The position numbers were made by a program, and so were the translations under genes. DNA of 64,000 nucleotides, taken from IMG/VR virus record IMGVR_UViG_3300036770_008700, positions 58,896-122,895 of that record, one strand, 5' to 3'. Below are positions 10,643 to 21,766 of the stretch, one piece after another (positions within the stretch are counted from its first letter, which is position 1; every line of letters begins with the position of its first letter). This DNA comes from a virus. The notes beneath the pieces are model-generated. The model ran no database searches. It was not told the origin of the DNA and saw only the letters and a program-made list of their open reading frames with translations.

Positions 10643-12508
10643 CTAAGCAGCTGTGCGACCTATCAGATCGAAGTTAACATATTTGATTTCAAACATGCCT
10701 CCAGGTGGAGGAATAAGAATAGAGTTGTTGATTAAGTTGGTTGTAATATCGTATCTAACGCTGCTATAAACTCTGTCACCAACTGTTCCAGTAACATTAG
10801 TTGCAGTTATACCTCTAACACCCAAAACACCAACGTTGTTGTAAACAATGTTTCTTACGTCGTCAAGAATTAAAGGTTGATCCATTTGATAGTTTCCAAC
10901 ATCGAAATAGTCTACCAATTTTGCTTGCACGTTTTGCAATACTTGTTGACGGTTAAACGTTGGGTCAACTGTTATGTCATAGTTGATTTGCAGGTTGATG
11001 ATTCTACCATCCAGAATGTCAATAGCATCTGAAATCATACGATATTGATTGAGATAAACTTGCAAGTTCTTTTTAAGAAGGTCTGGGGCAAGGATAAGTT
11101 GATTTAAGTCATTTCGGCAAAGAACGTAAAGCAATGCACTGTTTGGGTTGTCGGGATTGTTTTTTATACTAGCACGATAAACACGGCCAAAGTTTGCTGG
11201 CAGCGAGTATATTCTTGCCATTAAATCTTCTTTGCTTACAATACGGCTTTGTGCTGCTCTGGCTGAAGGTATTTGTAAGCGCAGTTCATCTAGAGTTGGA
11301 GGGTCTGCACCACCAGCACCAGGAGCATTATTGTTTGCATCGGCTGAAGCACGTACATCGCTGGCTACTGTGGAGGTTGGTCCGTTTGGAAACTCTGTAA
11401 TCAGCGTTGCTATCTCTGTTATACTTTGATTTGGAACGTTGTGATTTAAACCACCACCAGCACGATATGTTACATAAACAACTACATCTGGAGCTATAGC
11501 ACCTAGCGTAGATGTTCTTAACAAGTTGTTTGGGTCGATAGTAAATCTGGAAAAGTTCTTACGACCATACAAAGGCAAAGCTGCTTCGGATGGATCGGGC
11601 ACAAGGTCATCATTCATTGTTTGACCAGAACCACCACCGAATGTTAAAGTTGTTAGTCTTGTTGCTAAAGAAGTTGTTTTATAGAATCTAAACGGAGCAG
11701 GTTGAATTTCTAGGTTAGCTTCCACGTATTGTTCTGTTGGTGGTGATGCAGAAGCTGGATTTCGATTCTGAACAAGTTTAAAAACTGTATCTTGCGTTAG
11801 ATACTCTACTTCGTAGTAATTGTTGCCATCACTATCAACAACAGAGATAATATCGGTTACGTCTCTGTTTTGCAGCGTATAACGTTTAAACTGTTCGAAA
11901 CCATTAACTGTAAATGATTCGTTGTACGTAATGTTACTTAAACAGTTTCCAGTTGCTGAGAAAATGTAGTTTGCTGGATTGTTGTTGTTATCAACATCAC
12001 CAACTGTGTATGTGATATTGTTTGCTGGTTCTCCATTGCTTTTCGTAACGGTGAAATTAACATCTTCAATTAGTTGAAACTGTATTGCACGATTTGAGTT
12101 AACAACTGTTCCTTGTTTAACAACAGGTAAAGCAGTTGTGTCAAATTTTCCTTGTGAATTAACTGGAATACGAAAGTAAAAAGTAACAGGAAGAACGGCT
12201 GGTGCAGCTCCAACAATCTGCACCCCAGCTTCTCTTAGTAGCTTTTCTAGGTTCTTTGATTCAACAGCTGTTTCGGCATTTAGCTCACCAAACTGATGGT
12301 CCAAATAAAAGCTTTGAACGTCACCAACATATGATGCCAGTTCTAGCAGCAAGCCTCCAAAGCCGTTTGCAGAAAAGTCTTGCAAGCGATCTGGAAAGAA
12401 TGTTCGTGCGTATTCTTCTAAGTCGTTTCTGAAAGCATCAAAGTCTTTGTTAAGATACTTCCTTGCTTTAACGATTTGGTTTACTGTTCGTCTGGAATCA
12501 ACCGGCAT
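10643..12508 (-). CDS. Baseplate wedge subunit, T4 gp6/baseplate J-like
   Basis: YLNKDFDAFR, LLELASYVGD, YRAGGG, GGADP, AQSRIVSKED motifs. Confidence 0.85.
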   Translation of the reverse strand: MPVDSRRTVNQIVKARKYLNKDFDAFRNDLEEYARTFFPDRLQDFSANGFGGLLLELASYVGDVQSFYLDHQFGELNAETAVESKNLEKLLREAGVQIVGAAPAVLPVTFYFRIPVNSQGKFDTTALPVVKQGTVVNSNRAIQFQLIEDVNFTVTKSNGEPANNITYTVGDVDNNNNPANYIFSATGNCLSNITYNESFTVNGFEQFKRYTLQNRDVTDIISVVDSDGNNYYEVEYLTQDTVFKLVQNRNPASASPPTEQYVEANLEIQPAPFRFYKTTSLATRLTTLTFGGGSGQTMNDDLVPDPSEAALPLYGRKNFSRFTIDPNNLLRTSTLGAIAPDVVVYVTYRAGGGLNHNVPNQSITEIATLITEFPNGPTSTVASDVRASADANNNAPGAGGADPPTLDELRLQIPSARAAQSRIVSKEDLMARIYSLPANFGRVYRASIKNNPDNPNSALLYVLCRNDLNQLILAPDLLKKNLQVYLNQYRMISDAIDILDGRIINLQINYDITVDPTFNRQQVLQNVQAKLVDYFDVGNYQMDQPLILDDVRNIVYNNVGVLGVRGITATNVTGTVGDRVYSSVRYDITTNLINNSILIPPPGGMFEIKYVNFDLIGRTAA

Positions 12509-12546
12509 CGTGTTTCACCTTATGTTAGATATAGTTCAGCAATATT

Positions 12547-13023
12547 TTATGTTACTGCAAACGTTATTTGTAATCTTGCTGTGGGAATAGAAGCTCTTGG
12601 TATGCTGTAATCAATTGTTATTGTTACAGAACCTAAACCTGGATCTTCTGTAAATGACCTTTGAGAACTATCAAATCCCTCTAGTTCAACGTATGGCATA
12701 TATTTTGCAACAGCATTCATAATACGCTGCATAGCCGCTTCATCAAACGCATCTTTTCCTATTTCATATTCAGTTACTAGTGGACCAAGATTAGCTCCAT
12801 AATCGTACAATGCTAATCTTTCACCCCAGTTGGTCATGATTAAATCACGAAGATTGTTTTTCATGGTTTCACCAACTGTATAGTGCATACCAAGTAAACC
12901 TTCGTTGCTGTTACCAAGCCTTAAAGGAGTAACGATTCCTATGGGAATAGGAGTTGATTGTACGGCTCTTTCTTGTTCAGCTAGTTCGGCTGATGTAATA
13001 CCTACGCTTTTAAAGCTTCTCAT
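12547..13023 (-). CDS. Baseplate wedge subunit, T4 gp25-like
   Basis: NLRDLIMTNWGER...DYGANL...AVAKYMPYVEL. Confidence 0.85.
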   Translation of the reverse strand: MRSFKSVGITSAELAEQERAVQSTPIPIGIVTPLRLGNSNEGLLGMHYTVGETMKNNLRDLIMTNWGERLALYDYGANLGPLVTEYEIGKDAFDEAAMQRIMNAVAKYMPYVELEGFDSSQRSFTEDPGLGSVTITIDYSIPRASIPTARLQITFAVT

Positions 13024-13032
13024 GCTTTATAA

Positions 13033-13815
13033 CTATAGACCAAACAACTTACGGTATTCTTGATATGTAATAGGTTCATTTGAACGTTCGCTTGGCTGCC
13101 ATTCTGGTTGAGCAACTGTTTGTGCTGGAATATTTGCGCTTGTTTGTCCTTGATTTGCAGCCTGAGAAGTTTGACTTTTGAGTTCGTTTGTTATGTCCAA
13201 ACCTGTTGTTGTAACACCAGCGGTATTTGCTGTTTTTGCTACAAACTGATCAAATGTGATACCCTCACCAGTGTCGGTTTCACTTTCTGTTGTTTGTTGC
13301 GGCTGTGTGTCAGGTTGTTGTACATTGACAATGTTAGATAAGTTCACTGCCACTGTGGAATTAAAACTAGATATTTGATTGTTTAAAGCTCGATTGTCCG
13401 AATCTTCTGCGGCTTCTGCCGCTTCTCTGGTGCCTTGCTGCAACTGCTCGTCGTTCGAACACAAAGGAAAAAAAGAACCTACAATTGGAAGAGGGTTAAG
13501 CAAGCTTTTAATAAAACACCAAATAGCTTTTATGATTGCAAACGCAATTGCGAGAGCAACTAATTTAACAGGATTGTTGCTACCGTCTGGGCTTGGGTTT
13601 TTGACGCCTAAAAGCGATATATTTAAAGCTGCAAATGTTCCTTCGCCCAAAGCAGTGGCAGCAGCGTTCAAAGGCGGTGGTAATGCCCTAATAATTTGTT
13701 GCAATACAACTATTTGGGCAGCCGTTGCGGTTTTATTGGCCTCGTTTTCAGCATCAGCTCGACGAGAAGCCGTTTCGCTATCAGCAACTCGACGAAGATC
13801 TTCTACGCTACTCAT
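13033..13815 (-). CDS. Hypothetical protein (baseplate region)
   Basis: 260 aa with hydrophobic segment and Q/T-rich tail. Confidence 0.6.
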   Translation of the reverse strand: MSSVEDLRRVADSETASRRADAENEANKTATAAQIVVLQQIIRALPPPLNAAATALGEGTFAALNISLLGVKNPSPDGSNNPVKLVALAIAFAIIKAIWCFIKSLLNPLPIVGSFFPLCSNDEQLQQGTREAAEAAEDSDNRALNNQISSFNSTVAVNLSNIVNVQQPDTQPQQTTESETDTGEGITFDQFVAKTANTAGVTTTGLDITNELKSQTSQAANQGQTSANIPAQTVAQPEWQPSERSNEPITYQEYRKLFGL

Positions 13816-13827
13816 GTTTTGTAGTTC

Positions 13828-15600
13828 CTATTGACCAAAAATTTTTGAGGATCTACTCTTATATACAGCTTCATTTGTTTTTACTCTTGATCTCTGCACT
13901 CTAGTATTCAATGCTTCTTTGTTTGACGCACAGGTTGCATATAGACCAGCCCAAGCTGCATCGGGTCCACCTGGAGCACAGCTAGTTTGTACAGTGGCTC
14001 TATTTAAATTGTCAACCAGTTGATTATAAGAAGTTTGCAGAGCATCAATTTGATTTTGTAAACCTTCTACAACTTTTTTAAACTCACTCCATTTGATATA
14101 AGGTTCCGCACCAGCAAATGTGTTTTGTTGACCAACACTTAGTTCTGCGGTTGATCCATCTTTGTTTCTTGGACGATCAGGTGCTGGTGCTTGTGGATTA
14201 GCTGGAGCGGGGTCAGTATTAATCGCCGCACCACCAAGAAATATCTGCATTCCATCTACTTGAACCCTGCCTTCAGGAGACATGTACAAATAAGCTAAAT
14301 GATCTGTTGCAGCAGAACCAGCGTTTAAATCCTCTGGTGTACGGTTTCTACCTTCCTTAACAATCAACACAGAACCAGATATAACTGGATCAAGACTGTC
14401 TTCTGCTGGCACAGAACGTCTTGCAATCAATCTTATATGGTCAGCTTTGGTTACAACATATGACGATCCAACATTTGCACTAGAAGAAGCAAACTGTATT
14501 GGATACAAGCTGGTAGGAGAGTAATTTATCCCTGAAGATTGCAATGCGTCGTTAACAGTTCCTTGTGTTGTTCTTGCTGTTTTAAAGTTGACATCACCAA
14601 GAGTTTTCATGCTCATGTATATGCGTGCAGCATCACGAACAAAATCTGGATCACCTTCTTTTATTTGCTCAACTCTATTGTTTAGTCTAGGAACTTTATC
14701 AACTTCATTAAGGCTTCTAGAGTTTGTTACAACAAACGGACTTGTTCTCTTATGCTCTGTTGTTCTACTGTCTTCTGGTGTTAACAAATAGCGACTACGA
14801 CCTGTTACGATATCAATAGTTCCAGCATAGCTTGTTTGTTCTGGTGCTGAACTTGTAACATATCCCACTCTATCTCTTCCAAGCATAATAAGAGAGTTAT
14901 TCATGCCTTGAATAACAAATTCTTGTGGTCGTTTTGTCCAGCGTGGCACTACCTCATATGCGTGTTGCAAACTACCAGAACGAGATTGTTGATATAACCT
15001 ATCGTATGGATTTGTTGTTGTATCTTGTGGAAGAGTGTTGGTGTTGTTACTGCCACCACCGTTAGGAAAGCCAGGAGTATAGCTATTACGATTTAATGAT
15101 TGACTGATACGTGTCTCAGCAAAATATTCGGCATTAAATCTTCGGTCATTATGAGTAAAGTTTGGATCTTCAACAGGCAAACCTTCTGACGCTCTAGTAA
15201 TCCATTTACCACCCTTAAAACCGTACTTTTGAAAGTCTTCAAACACAACTGTAACTTGTTCACCAATTTGCACAGGCAACATGAAGTGACTTTGGAAAAA
15301 TGGAGATAAAAGTACTTTTGTTGGTGTAGAGTCGCTTACACCATCAGAAATAACTGTTGCAATAACACTGTTTGATGCTGCTTGATCTACTTCTTCTTGG
15401 TTGACAACTAAAGATTTTAATCTATCTCGGTCTTGTGTTGTTAGTTCTTTTGGGTTATAGATAACTTCTTCAACGGTTGCACGTTGAAAAGTTGGTGGTG
15501 AACCAGCCATTTGGCTGTTCAATATTAGTTTTGTTGGGTTTAAAGTTGGCTCTGTTGCACCAGCTAAAATTCTGCCAACGTTAAGGTTTTCATTAGGCAT
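13828..15600 (-). CDS. Baseplate hub/central spike protein (gp5 OB-fold-like N-terminus)
   Basis: HFMLPVQIGEQVTVVFE; VIQGMNNSLIMLGRDR; upstream of gp25-like gene. Confidence 0.6.
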   Translation of the reverse strand: MPNENLNVGRILAGATEPTLNPTKLILNSQMAGSPPTFQRATVEEVIYNPKELTTQDRDRLKSLVVNQEEVDQAASNSVIATVISDGVSDSTPTKVLLSPFFQSHFMLPVQIGEQVTVVFEDFQKYGFKGGKWITRASEGLPVEDPNFTHNDRRFNAEYFAETRISQSLNRNSYTPGFPNGGGSNNTNTLPQDTTTNPYDRLYQQSRSGSLQHAYEVVPRWTKRPQEFVIQGMNNSLIMLGRDRVGYVTSSAPEQTSYAGTIDIVTGRSRYLLTPEDSRTTEHKRTSPFVVTNSRSLNEVDKVPRLNNRVEQIKEGDPDFVRDAARIYMSMKTLGDVNFKTARTTQGTVNDALQSSGINYSPTSLYPIQFASSSANVGSSYVVTKADHIRLIARRSVPAEDSLDPVISGSVLIVKEGRNRTPEDLNAGSAATDHLAYLYMSPEGRVQVDGMQIFLGGAAINTDPAPANPQAPAPDRPRNKDGSTAELSVGQQNTFAGAEPYIKWSEFKKVVEGLQNQIDALQTSYNQLVDNLNRATVQTSCAPGGPDAAWAGLYATCASNKEALNTRVQRSRVKTNEAVYKSRSSKIFGQ

Positions 15601-15601
15601 A

Positions 15602-16018
15602 CTATCCTCTGCTGTTGCGCTTTATTCTATCAAATATTGCTTTACTATCTGGAACCTCATCTGCTTCTTGTTTATCTTTGGCTTTGTAAACTAACTCTGC
15701 AAGCTTTAAAAGTTGTGTGTTAGCTTTTTCCATACGTTCCATATACTTGGACAAATGATCGCCGTGAATAACGTGTTGTTCTGGATTGCCGTGAACAGTT
15801 AGGTATAAGTCTGTCCAAATCATATAAGCATTACGTCTGTCAATTAATGCATTCTCATAGATTTGTTTCCAAAGAAGCTTTAAACGTTCGTCAATAGTGG
15901 TGATGCTATTTAGTAAATCAACAAAAGTAGCAAGGTCTTCGTCTGTTTTCTTGATAAGTTGTTGCCCAGTTGGATTGCTATCCATCTGACTTATTTCTTC
16001 TTCAAAAGATTGACTCAT
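15602..16018 (-). CDS. Hypothetical helical protein
   Basis: 138 aa; ATGA-coupled to the sigma gene. Confidence 0.65.
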   Translation of the reverse strand: MSQSFEEEISQMDSNPTGQQLIKKTDEDLATFVDLLNSITTIDERLKLLWKQIYENALIDRRNAYMIWTDLYLTVHGNPEQHVIHGDHLSKYMERMEKANTQLLKLAELVYKAKDKQEADEVPDSKAIFDRIKRNSRG

Positions 16019-16752
16019 TCTGTTTGCTCATATTCTTGCTTGGAAAGTTTGTAATGCTTTTTCATGAGGGAAAGCACAACAGAAAGTTGTTTAGGTGAAA
16101 GGTTGGTTATTTCTCTCAAGTAAAGCATTACCGCACGCTTGTTAAGAAAATCAAGTTCATTAATGTTACTGAACAACAAGTTGATTCCTTTAAGGCATTC
16201 AACTTCGTTTTCTGTTACAGCTTTAGCTGCAACTAATTCCAATAACTTCTCAATTTTCTCTTTATTGGTGTAGCTAATCATTACTTCTTCTGGTGATGGT
16301 GATACACTATGATTTTCTATTGTTTCTAAATCATGTTGGCTTAAAGACTCTGTATCATCAAGAGAAGTAAACACATGAACATTACGAACGCTTTGTTTGC
16401 TTTTGATTATTAGCCAGTGTTTTGCAACAACATTGAAGTAAGAAAAAGCTTTGGTGCCTTTACTAGCATCAAACTTAGTGATTACTCCATAAAGAAACTC
16501 AATACATTCGTTTTGTAAATCTGCTTTGCTTTCATACTGGATTTGAAAACCATAAACATTGATTAGGTTTTCAACCAACTTGGAAAAAGCAGGAAGTATT
16601 TCACGAACGTATATGTCGTTTCGTTTTGCTGAGTTTGTTTCGGCTTTATAGTCAACAATGGCTTGTTGAGTACCTGCATTAAAATAAAACTCTTGTGGTG
16701 TTGCACCACCTTTAGGCTTGCGTTTGATAAGTTTTTTACCGTTAGGAATCAT
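16015..16752 (-). CDS. RNA polymerase sigma factor, T4 gp55-like (late)
   Basis: Sigma region 2-like DLQNECIEFLY...KFDASKGTKAFSYFNVVAKHW. Confidence 0.8.
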   Translation of the reverse strand: MIPNGKKLIKRKPKGGATPQEFYFNAGTQQAIVDYKAETNSAKRNDIYVREILPAFSKLVENLINVYGFQIQYESKADLQNECIEFLYGVITKFDASKGTKAFSYFNVVAKHWLIIKSKQSVRNVHVFTSLDDTESLSQHDLETIENHSVSPSPEEVMISYTNKEKIEKLLELVAAKAVTENEVECLKGINLLFSNINELDFLNKRAVMLYLREITNLSPKQLSVVLSLMKKHYKLSKQEYEQTE

Positions 16753-17072
16753 TCGTCCTCATCTTGATCTACAAGCCGTATATAGCGTTGCTTGCTGCGC
16801 TGCGTAAAGTTCTGAATAAGCTTATGTGTTGCTGTTTGACAAACTTTAACGTTTTCCATTGCTTCATCAACCGCAGCTTTTATTTGTGGGTTGTCAAAAA
16901 ACATAGGAGTTTTAACGATAGCTTCCAAAGCTTTCGCAGTGCGCTCGTGAATTTCAATTGCCTCAGCTAAGTCATCCTCCAAGATAAAGATGATTTTAGC
17001 CCAGCGTACTGCATAAAAACAAACAGTACAAAGAGCAGCTAAAAGTAGAAGCGATAAAATATAACCAAACAT
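16749..17072 (-). CDS. Small membrane-anchored protein
   Basis: N-terminal hydrophobic helix then helical region. Confidence 0.6.
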   Translation of the reverse strand: MFGYILSLLLLAALCTVCFYAVRWAKIIFILEDDLAEAIEIHERTAKALEAIVKTPMFFDNPQIKAAVDEAMENVKVCQTATHKLIQNFTQRSKQRYIRLVDQDEDE

Positions 17073-18247
17073 TACTCAGCTTTCAAATGTTCATCAAACA
17101 ATGATGAATAAGTACGTGCCACAGTTTCAAACGAATAAAGCTCGTGTACTTTTGTAGCTAAATCTTTGGCCCATTGCTGTGGCATCTGTGAAGCTTCATA
17201 AAACTTCTTTAGTCTACGTTTAACATCTAACTCGGTTGGGTTTGCCCATTTAACTCCCTTGACAAAAATTTGATTATCAACACGACTTTCTGGGATATTC
17301 GCAAGTGTATATTCTACTGGAATAAACTTTCCATGCTTAAGAAAGTCTAGGTGACCACTCCAGTTGGTTGCAATAACAGGTAGTCCACAAGCAGCAGCTT
17401 CTAGAATAGGCAAGCCATAACCTTCACCGTGAGTAAATGTTACAAGAGCCTTAATGTCTTTGTGAGTGTATAAACCATGCATTTCTTCATCTGACATATG
17501 ACCGTGAAGAAGATAAAACTTTGGACCATTTGGTTTTGTCACTTCTCCAACTAACTTTGAAAAGATTCCTGTTATGTTACGTTTATCAAGCTGTGTTTGT
17601 GCTCCGCTGTTTGTTTTTACTACAATTCCAACATCAGGGCAACCAGCAAAAGTTTCTGCTAACCACTTCAATGTATATGGAAGATTCTTGCGATCATTTT
17701 CCGTGTTATTGCCCGTTAATTGCCCTACAACAAGAAAGTTAAACTTGGTACTCAATCCCAAATCAACTGGCACAGGAGAGGCTGTAAAAGCCTCTGGGAA
17801 GCATTCTGGAATAACAACGAGAGGAACAGTTACTTCTCCTGTACTTAGAAAAGTTTGCTTTGTAAACTCGCTTGGTACAACAACCATATCCATGCGGTTA
17901 ATGCATTCAATCCAAGCTGGATTGCACTTGTCTGTCTCTACCCCAGCAGTAACACCAATATTAAAGTTACCAAGAAAAGGATTCCATTCGTTTGGCAACT
18001 GAAGTTGAATGGTTACATCGTAAAAGTTCTTTTTATTGTTTGTTGCTTGAAGAATTTGACCGATAAGACCATCTTCGGCTTCTGGATCAACAATAAGATG
18101 ACACTTGCCCCATGGAAGAGGTTCTGTGGTAATGTCTAGTTGATGTGTTTCTGTTGCAACACGGAAAAGCCATTTAGCGATTTGACGGGCATGCACACCG
18201 TAGCCTGAGTGAGTAAGAAGAGGAGCACGTAGTAATACTGATTTCAT
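17072..18247 (-). CDS. Glycosyltransferase, GT4/GT-B
   Basis: SGYG N-terminus; RKN; HGEGYGLPILEAAACGLPVIAT. Confidence 0.9.
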   Translation of the reverse strand: MKSVLLRAPLLTHSGYGVHARQIAKWLFRVATETHQLDITTEPLPWGKCHLIVDPEAEDGLIGQILQATNNKKNFYDVTIQLQLPNEWNPFLGNFNIGVTAGVETDKCNPAWIECINRMDMVVVPSEFTKQTFLSTGEVTVPLVVIPECFPEAFTASPVPVDLGLSTKFNFLVVGQLTGNNTENDRKNLPYTLKWLAETFAGCPDVGIVVKTNSGAQTQLDKRNITGIFSKLVGEVTKPNGPKFYLLHGHMSDEEMHGLYTHKDIKALVTFTHGEGYGLPILEAAACGLPVIATNWSGHLDFLKHGKFIPVEYTLANIPESRVDNQIFVKGVKWANPTELDVKRRLKKFYEASQMPQQWAKDLATKVHELYSFETVARTYSSLFDEHLKAE

Positions 18248-18266
18248 TGTTTATCCTTTCTGCCTA

Positions 18267-19559
18267 TCATTTACCAAATGGACGAAGTTGTTCACAAGTC
18301 CAACTCTTTGGCTTGCTTGTTTTCCAAGCAGTAATACACTTGTCTAGAGTTTCATCCCATGCCTTAATCATATTACCATAATCAAACTCAAAATCGGTGT
18401 ATGCACGAGCTTTTTCACCAAGAGCGTTACGTTCTTCTGGTGACATTTTGTAAAGCTTGTAATAAGCCTCAGCAATATCGAGATAGTTTACATGGTCATC
18501 ATAGATGTAAGGAACCATTTGTGAACCAACCAATGTACGGGCTGCTGGTTCGATAGCAATACCATTTTCTGAATCATCACGGTGATCTACCACTTGACGT
18601 GTCATACCACCGGTTTTAAGAGCAATAATAGGTCTACCAACCATCATGGTTGATAGAGTTGCAAGGCCAAAACCTTCTGCCTTGGAAACGTTAATAGTAT
18701 AATCAGAGATATTGTAAAGAGCATTCATATCATTGAAATCAACTTTTTGAGTTGAGAACATAACATTTTGTGCAATGCCTAGCATTTCAGATACAGCAAG
18801 AAGGTTTGGACCTTCTGTGTCTTGTGGATCTGTGTGCATGATAATCATTGCTTTACGGTGACCTTCTTCTTTTTCTAGACGTTCTAGGAATACCTTGAAT
18901 CCATTTAGCACATCGTTTGGCATTTTGCGGGTAGCATTGCGGTTAACCCATGTACCAACAAACCAATCTGCTCTATCTCCAAAGTTTTTCTTACGCAGTT
19001 CTGTTTTTGTTGCTTCTGGAAGAGGGAAATAAACTTGTTTTGGAAAAGCGTGTGGAATATAGTGTGTACGTTCTGGAAAGTGTGGCTTAACAAGCTCGTA
19101 TGTTTTGTAAGAAAGACAGTTGATAAGGTCTGTTGAACGATACCAAACATCGTTAAAGGCTGGATATGGATCATTGTCCCATACGTGCCAGTAGGTTATT
19201 GGACAGATTTGATGAATTTCGTCTTCGATTTCCCAGAGCCACATAAACTGACGAGGATCGGTAAAGAGAAGGATAGCATCTGGACGTTCATTGATTAAGA
19301 GGCTACGGATAATGTCATGGTTTCCGAATCCATCAACAGGTTTGATGATAAAGTCTGGATTAACCATGATTGTTTCGTAGTTTGGATGCTTAACAGCCCC
19401 ACCAAGGCAACGAAAACTATATTTGCCTGTGTTTATTAGTCCTTGAATAAGGAATCTTGCTTGAACACCTACACCAGAGGTGCAGAGAGGGTGATCAGAC
19501 AACATCAGAATTTTGTGCTTGCGTTGAGGGACTACCGGGGCTACGTCGTTTGAACTCAT
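18267..19559 (-). CDS. Glycosyltransferase, GT4/GT-B
   Basis: NRNATRK; SKAEGFGLATL...GRPII. Confidence 0.9.
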   Translation of the reverse strand: MSSNDVAPVVPQRKHKILMLSDHPLCTSGVGVQARFLIQGLINTGKYSFRCLGGAVKHPNYETIMVNPDFIIKPVDGFGNHDIIRSLLINERPDAILLFTDPRQFMWLWEIEDEIHQICPITYWHVWDNDPYPAFNDVWYRSTDLINCLSYKTYELVKPHFPERTHYIPHAFPKQVYFPLPEATKTELRKKNFGDRADWFVGTWVNRNATRKMPNDVLNGFKVFLERLEKEEGHRKAMIIMHTDPQDTEGPNLLAVSEMLGIAQNVMFSTQKVDFNDMNALYNISDYTINVSKAEGFGLATLSTMMVGRPIIALKTGGMTRQVVDHRDDSENGIAIEPAARTLVGSQMVPYIYDDHVNYLDIAEAYYKLYKMSPEERNALGEKARAYTDFEFDYGNMIKAWDETLDKCITAWKTSKPKSWTCEQLRPFGK

Positions 19560-19617
19560 TTAACGGTTCTCCTTAGTAACCAGTTATCGTAGCACAAACA
19601 CAAGGTTATGTTTTTGC

Positions 19618-20589
19618 TTATCGAATCTTTTCTTTCCAATGCTCGATCATTTCATCAAGCAATGTTTCAAACGTATATTCTGGTTTCCAACCCAACACAG
19701 TTCTTGCTTTTGTTGAGTCGCCCTTAAGGTACTTAAGTTCTTCTGGACGCATGAACGCAGGATTTTGTACAACATAATCTTGATAATTCATATCAAGTCT
19801 GCGAAAGACATAATCAACCATTTCTCTAACTGAATGGGTTTCTCCAGTTGAAACAACAAAATCATCTGGAGTTTCATGGTTAATGATTTTGTGCATGGCT
19901 TTCACATAATCTTTTGAGTGACCCCAATCACGATATGAGTCTAGATTACCAAGCTCAAGCTTATCAGTTACACCACGGTAGATTTGTACGGCTGTTTTAA
20001 CCACCTTATTGGTAACAAAGTTAGAGCCTCTACGTGGAGACTCATGGTTAAACAATATTCCATTAACAGCGTGCAAGCCATAAGCTTTGCGATAGTTTCT
20101 AACAATAGAATATCCAAAGAGTTTAGAACAGCCATATGGGCTTACTGGATGCATTGGTGTTGTTTCTCTTTGAAACCCATCTGAATCTTGGCTGTTTCCA
20201 AACATCTCTGAGGAGCTGGCTTGATAAAACTTTGCGTTAGGGCAAAATCTACGATAAGCCTCAAGCATATTCAACACTCCAAGAGCGTTGGTTTTTACTG
20301 TGAACTGTGGGATTTCAAAACTGATCTTAACGTGACTTTGAGCCCCGATATTGTAGATTTCATCTGGTTTAAGATCAAACAAAAGCCGATCAATAGAGCT
20401 TTCATCAAGCAAATCTCCATAGTGAGTTACGATTTTATTGCTGATATTAGCGATACGAATATCTTGATTTTCAGCCATAGAATTTCTACGAACCATACCA
20501 TGAACTTCATATCCCAAAGACAAAAGATATTCGGCTAGATAACTGCCGTCTTGCCCATTAATTCCAGTGATAAATGCTTTTTTGCTCAT
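19618..20589 (-). CDS. gmd: GDP-mannose 4,6-dehydratase
   Basis: ITGINGQDGSYLAE, AQSHV, QASSSE, SPYGCSK, FNHESPRRG, RDWG. Confidence 0.95.
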   Translation of the reverse strand: MSKKAFITGINGQDGSYLAEYLLSLGYEVHGMVRRNSMAENQDIRIANISNKIVTHYGDLLDESSIDRLLFDLKPDEIYNIGAQSHVKISFEIPQFTVKTNALGVLNMLEAYRRFCPNAKFYQASSSEMFGNSQDSDGFQRETTPMHPVSPYGCSKLFGYSIVRNYRKAYGLHAVNGILFNHESPRRGSNFVTNKVVKTAVQIYRGVTDKLELGNLDSYRDWGHSKDYVKAMHKIINHETPDDFVVSTGETHSVREMVDYVFRRLDMNYQDYVVQNPAFMRPEELKYLKGDSTKARTVLGWKPEYTFETLLDEMIEHWKEKIR

Positions 20590-21011
20590 GTGTTATCTCC
20601 AATGAATGTTTTGTCTAGTTTCTGACCATAATATGGTCCGTTTTTGTGCTCACAGATGATCGTATTATCTTCTAAACACTCAAGACTATGCCCACCTTCT
20701 AATGTTATGTGTATCTCACCTTCAGAAAGATCGTGTGTTCCCATAAATGAGTCGTCAATATCGTAATGATACACCTTTATCTTACCTTTAAAGACCAACC
20801 AAGATTCTTGTGCGATTTGATTGGTAACATTTAGCGGTTTAGATATATGTTTGTGTGGACGAAATTTTGTGTTCTTTGGCTTTTTTATTACAGCGCACTG
20901 CAAGAACTCATTATCATCAACCAAATCAACTCTATCAGTAACTACGTTTAAGTCATACATCACAAATAAAAGCTTTTCTTTGTCTACGTTTGAATAAATT
21001 TTTCTTATCAC
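20586..21011 (-). CDS. Cupin-fold protein (WbuC-like)
   Basis: RPHKH...QESW...GGHS...EHKNGPY. Confidence 0.7.
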   Translation of the reverse strand: MIRKIYSNVDKEKLLFVMYDLNVVTDRVDLVDDNEFLQCAVIKKPKNTKFRPHKHISKPLNVTNQIAQESWLVFKGKIKVYHYDIDDSFMGTHDLSEGEIHITLEGGHSLECLEDNTIICEHKNGPYYGQKLDKTFIGDNT

Positions 21012-21766
21012 GCTATTTTCCTACATGTGTAAACCAAACGATAATCATTAATCGTTGCTGGTGTGTTAATCATAACATTTGGTGATACTGCCTCTAAAAC
21101 AAAACCACTATTTTTTAGTAAATCTTTAAAAACGTGATTAGACCAAAGTATATGTCGCAGCTTATATGAGAAACAATCAATAACTTCATTGTTTTCCTTG
21201 ATAGAAACTGTTGTTTCCATTGTGGATAGAGAATCGAACAGGTTTGTCTGTGTAGAAGTGGTTATGTCATATGTTTTATTGTTTACTTTTCTTGTTCTGA
21301 AAGAGTTTTCCTTGGGCTTATCGATGGTACATGCAACACCATTCCAGCAATCAAAGACAAACTTAGCGTTCGGTTTCAATTGATTACTGATAGCTTTAAA
21401 GAATTCTTGCAAACCAACAATGGTTTCAATATGGTTAACCACATTGAACATCGATATAGCACAATCGGCTTTTTCCTGTATTTTTAATTCAGCAACATCA
21501 CAGCACAAACCTAATACGTTTGATATATTACGTTTTTTGAGCTTTGATATACCAACATCAACCATTGATTTAGACAAGTCAACAGCAAAAACTTGCTCAA
21601 ACTTTGCTGAGAGCAAAATGGTGTGTGTCATTGTACCACAACCAACATCAAGCAGAATATTGTGATTGTTGGCAACGTTTGCTATGTACTCAGCTTCTTT
21701 TGTGTAATCCTTGTCAAGATAAAGATCATCATAATATTCCGCTAGTTTATCGTTGTATGTACTCAT
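21008..21766 (-). CDS. Class I SAM-dependent methyltransferase
   Basis: YYDDLY.DKDY; LLDVGCGT; VDLSKSM. Confidence 0.85.
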   Translation of the reverse strand: MSTYNDKLAEYYDDLYLDKDYTKEAEYIANVANNHNILLDVGCGTMTHTILLSAKFEQVFAVDLSKSMVDVGISKLKKRNISNVLGLCCDVAELKIQEKADCAISMFNVVNHIETIVGLQEFFKAISNQLKPNAKFVFDCWNGVACTIDKPKENSFRTRKVNNKTYDITTSTQTNLFDSLSTMETTVSIKENNEVIDCFSYKLRHILWSNHVFKDLLKNSGFVLEAVSPNVMINTPATINDYRLVYTCRKIA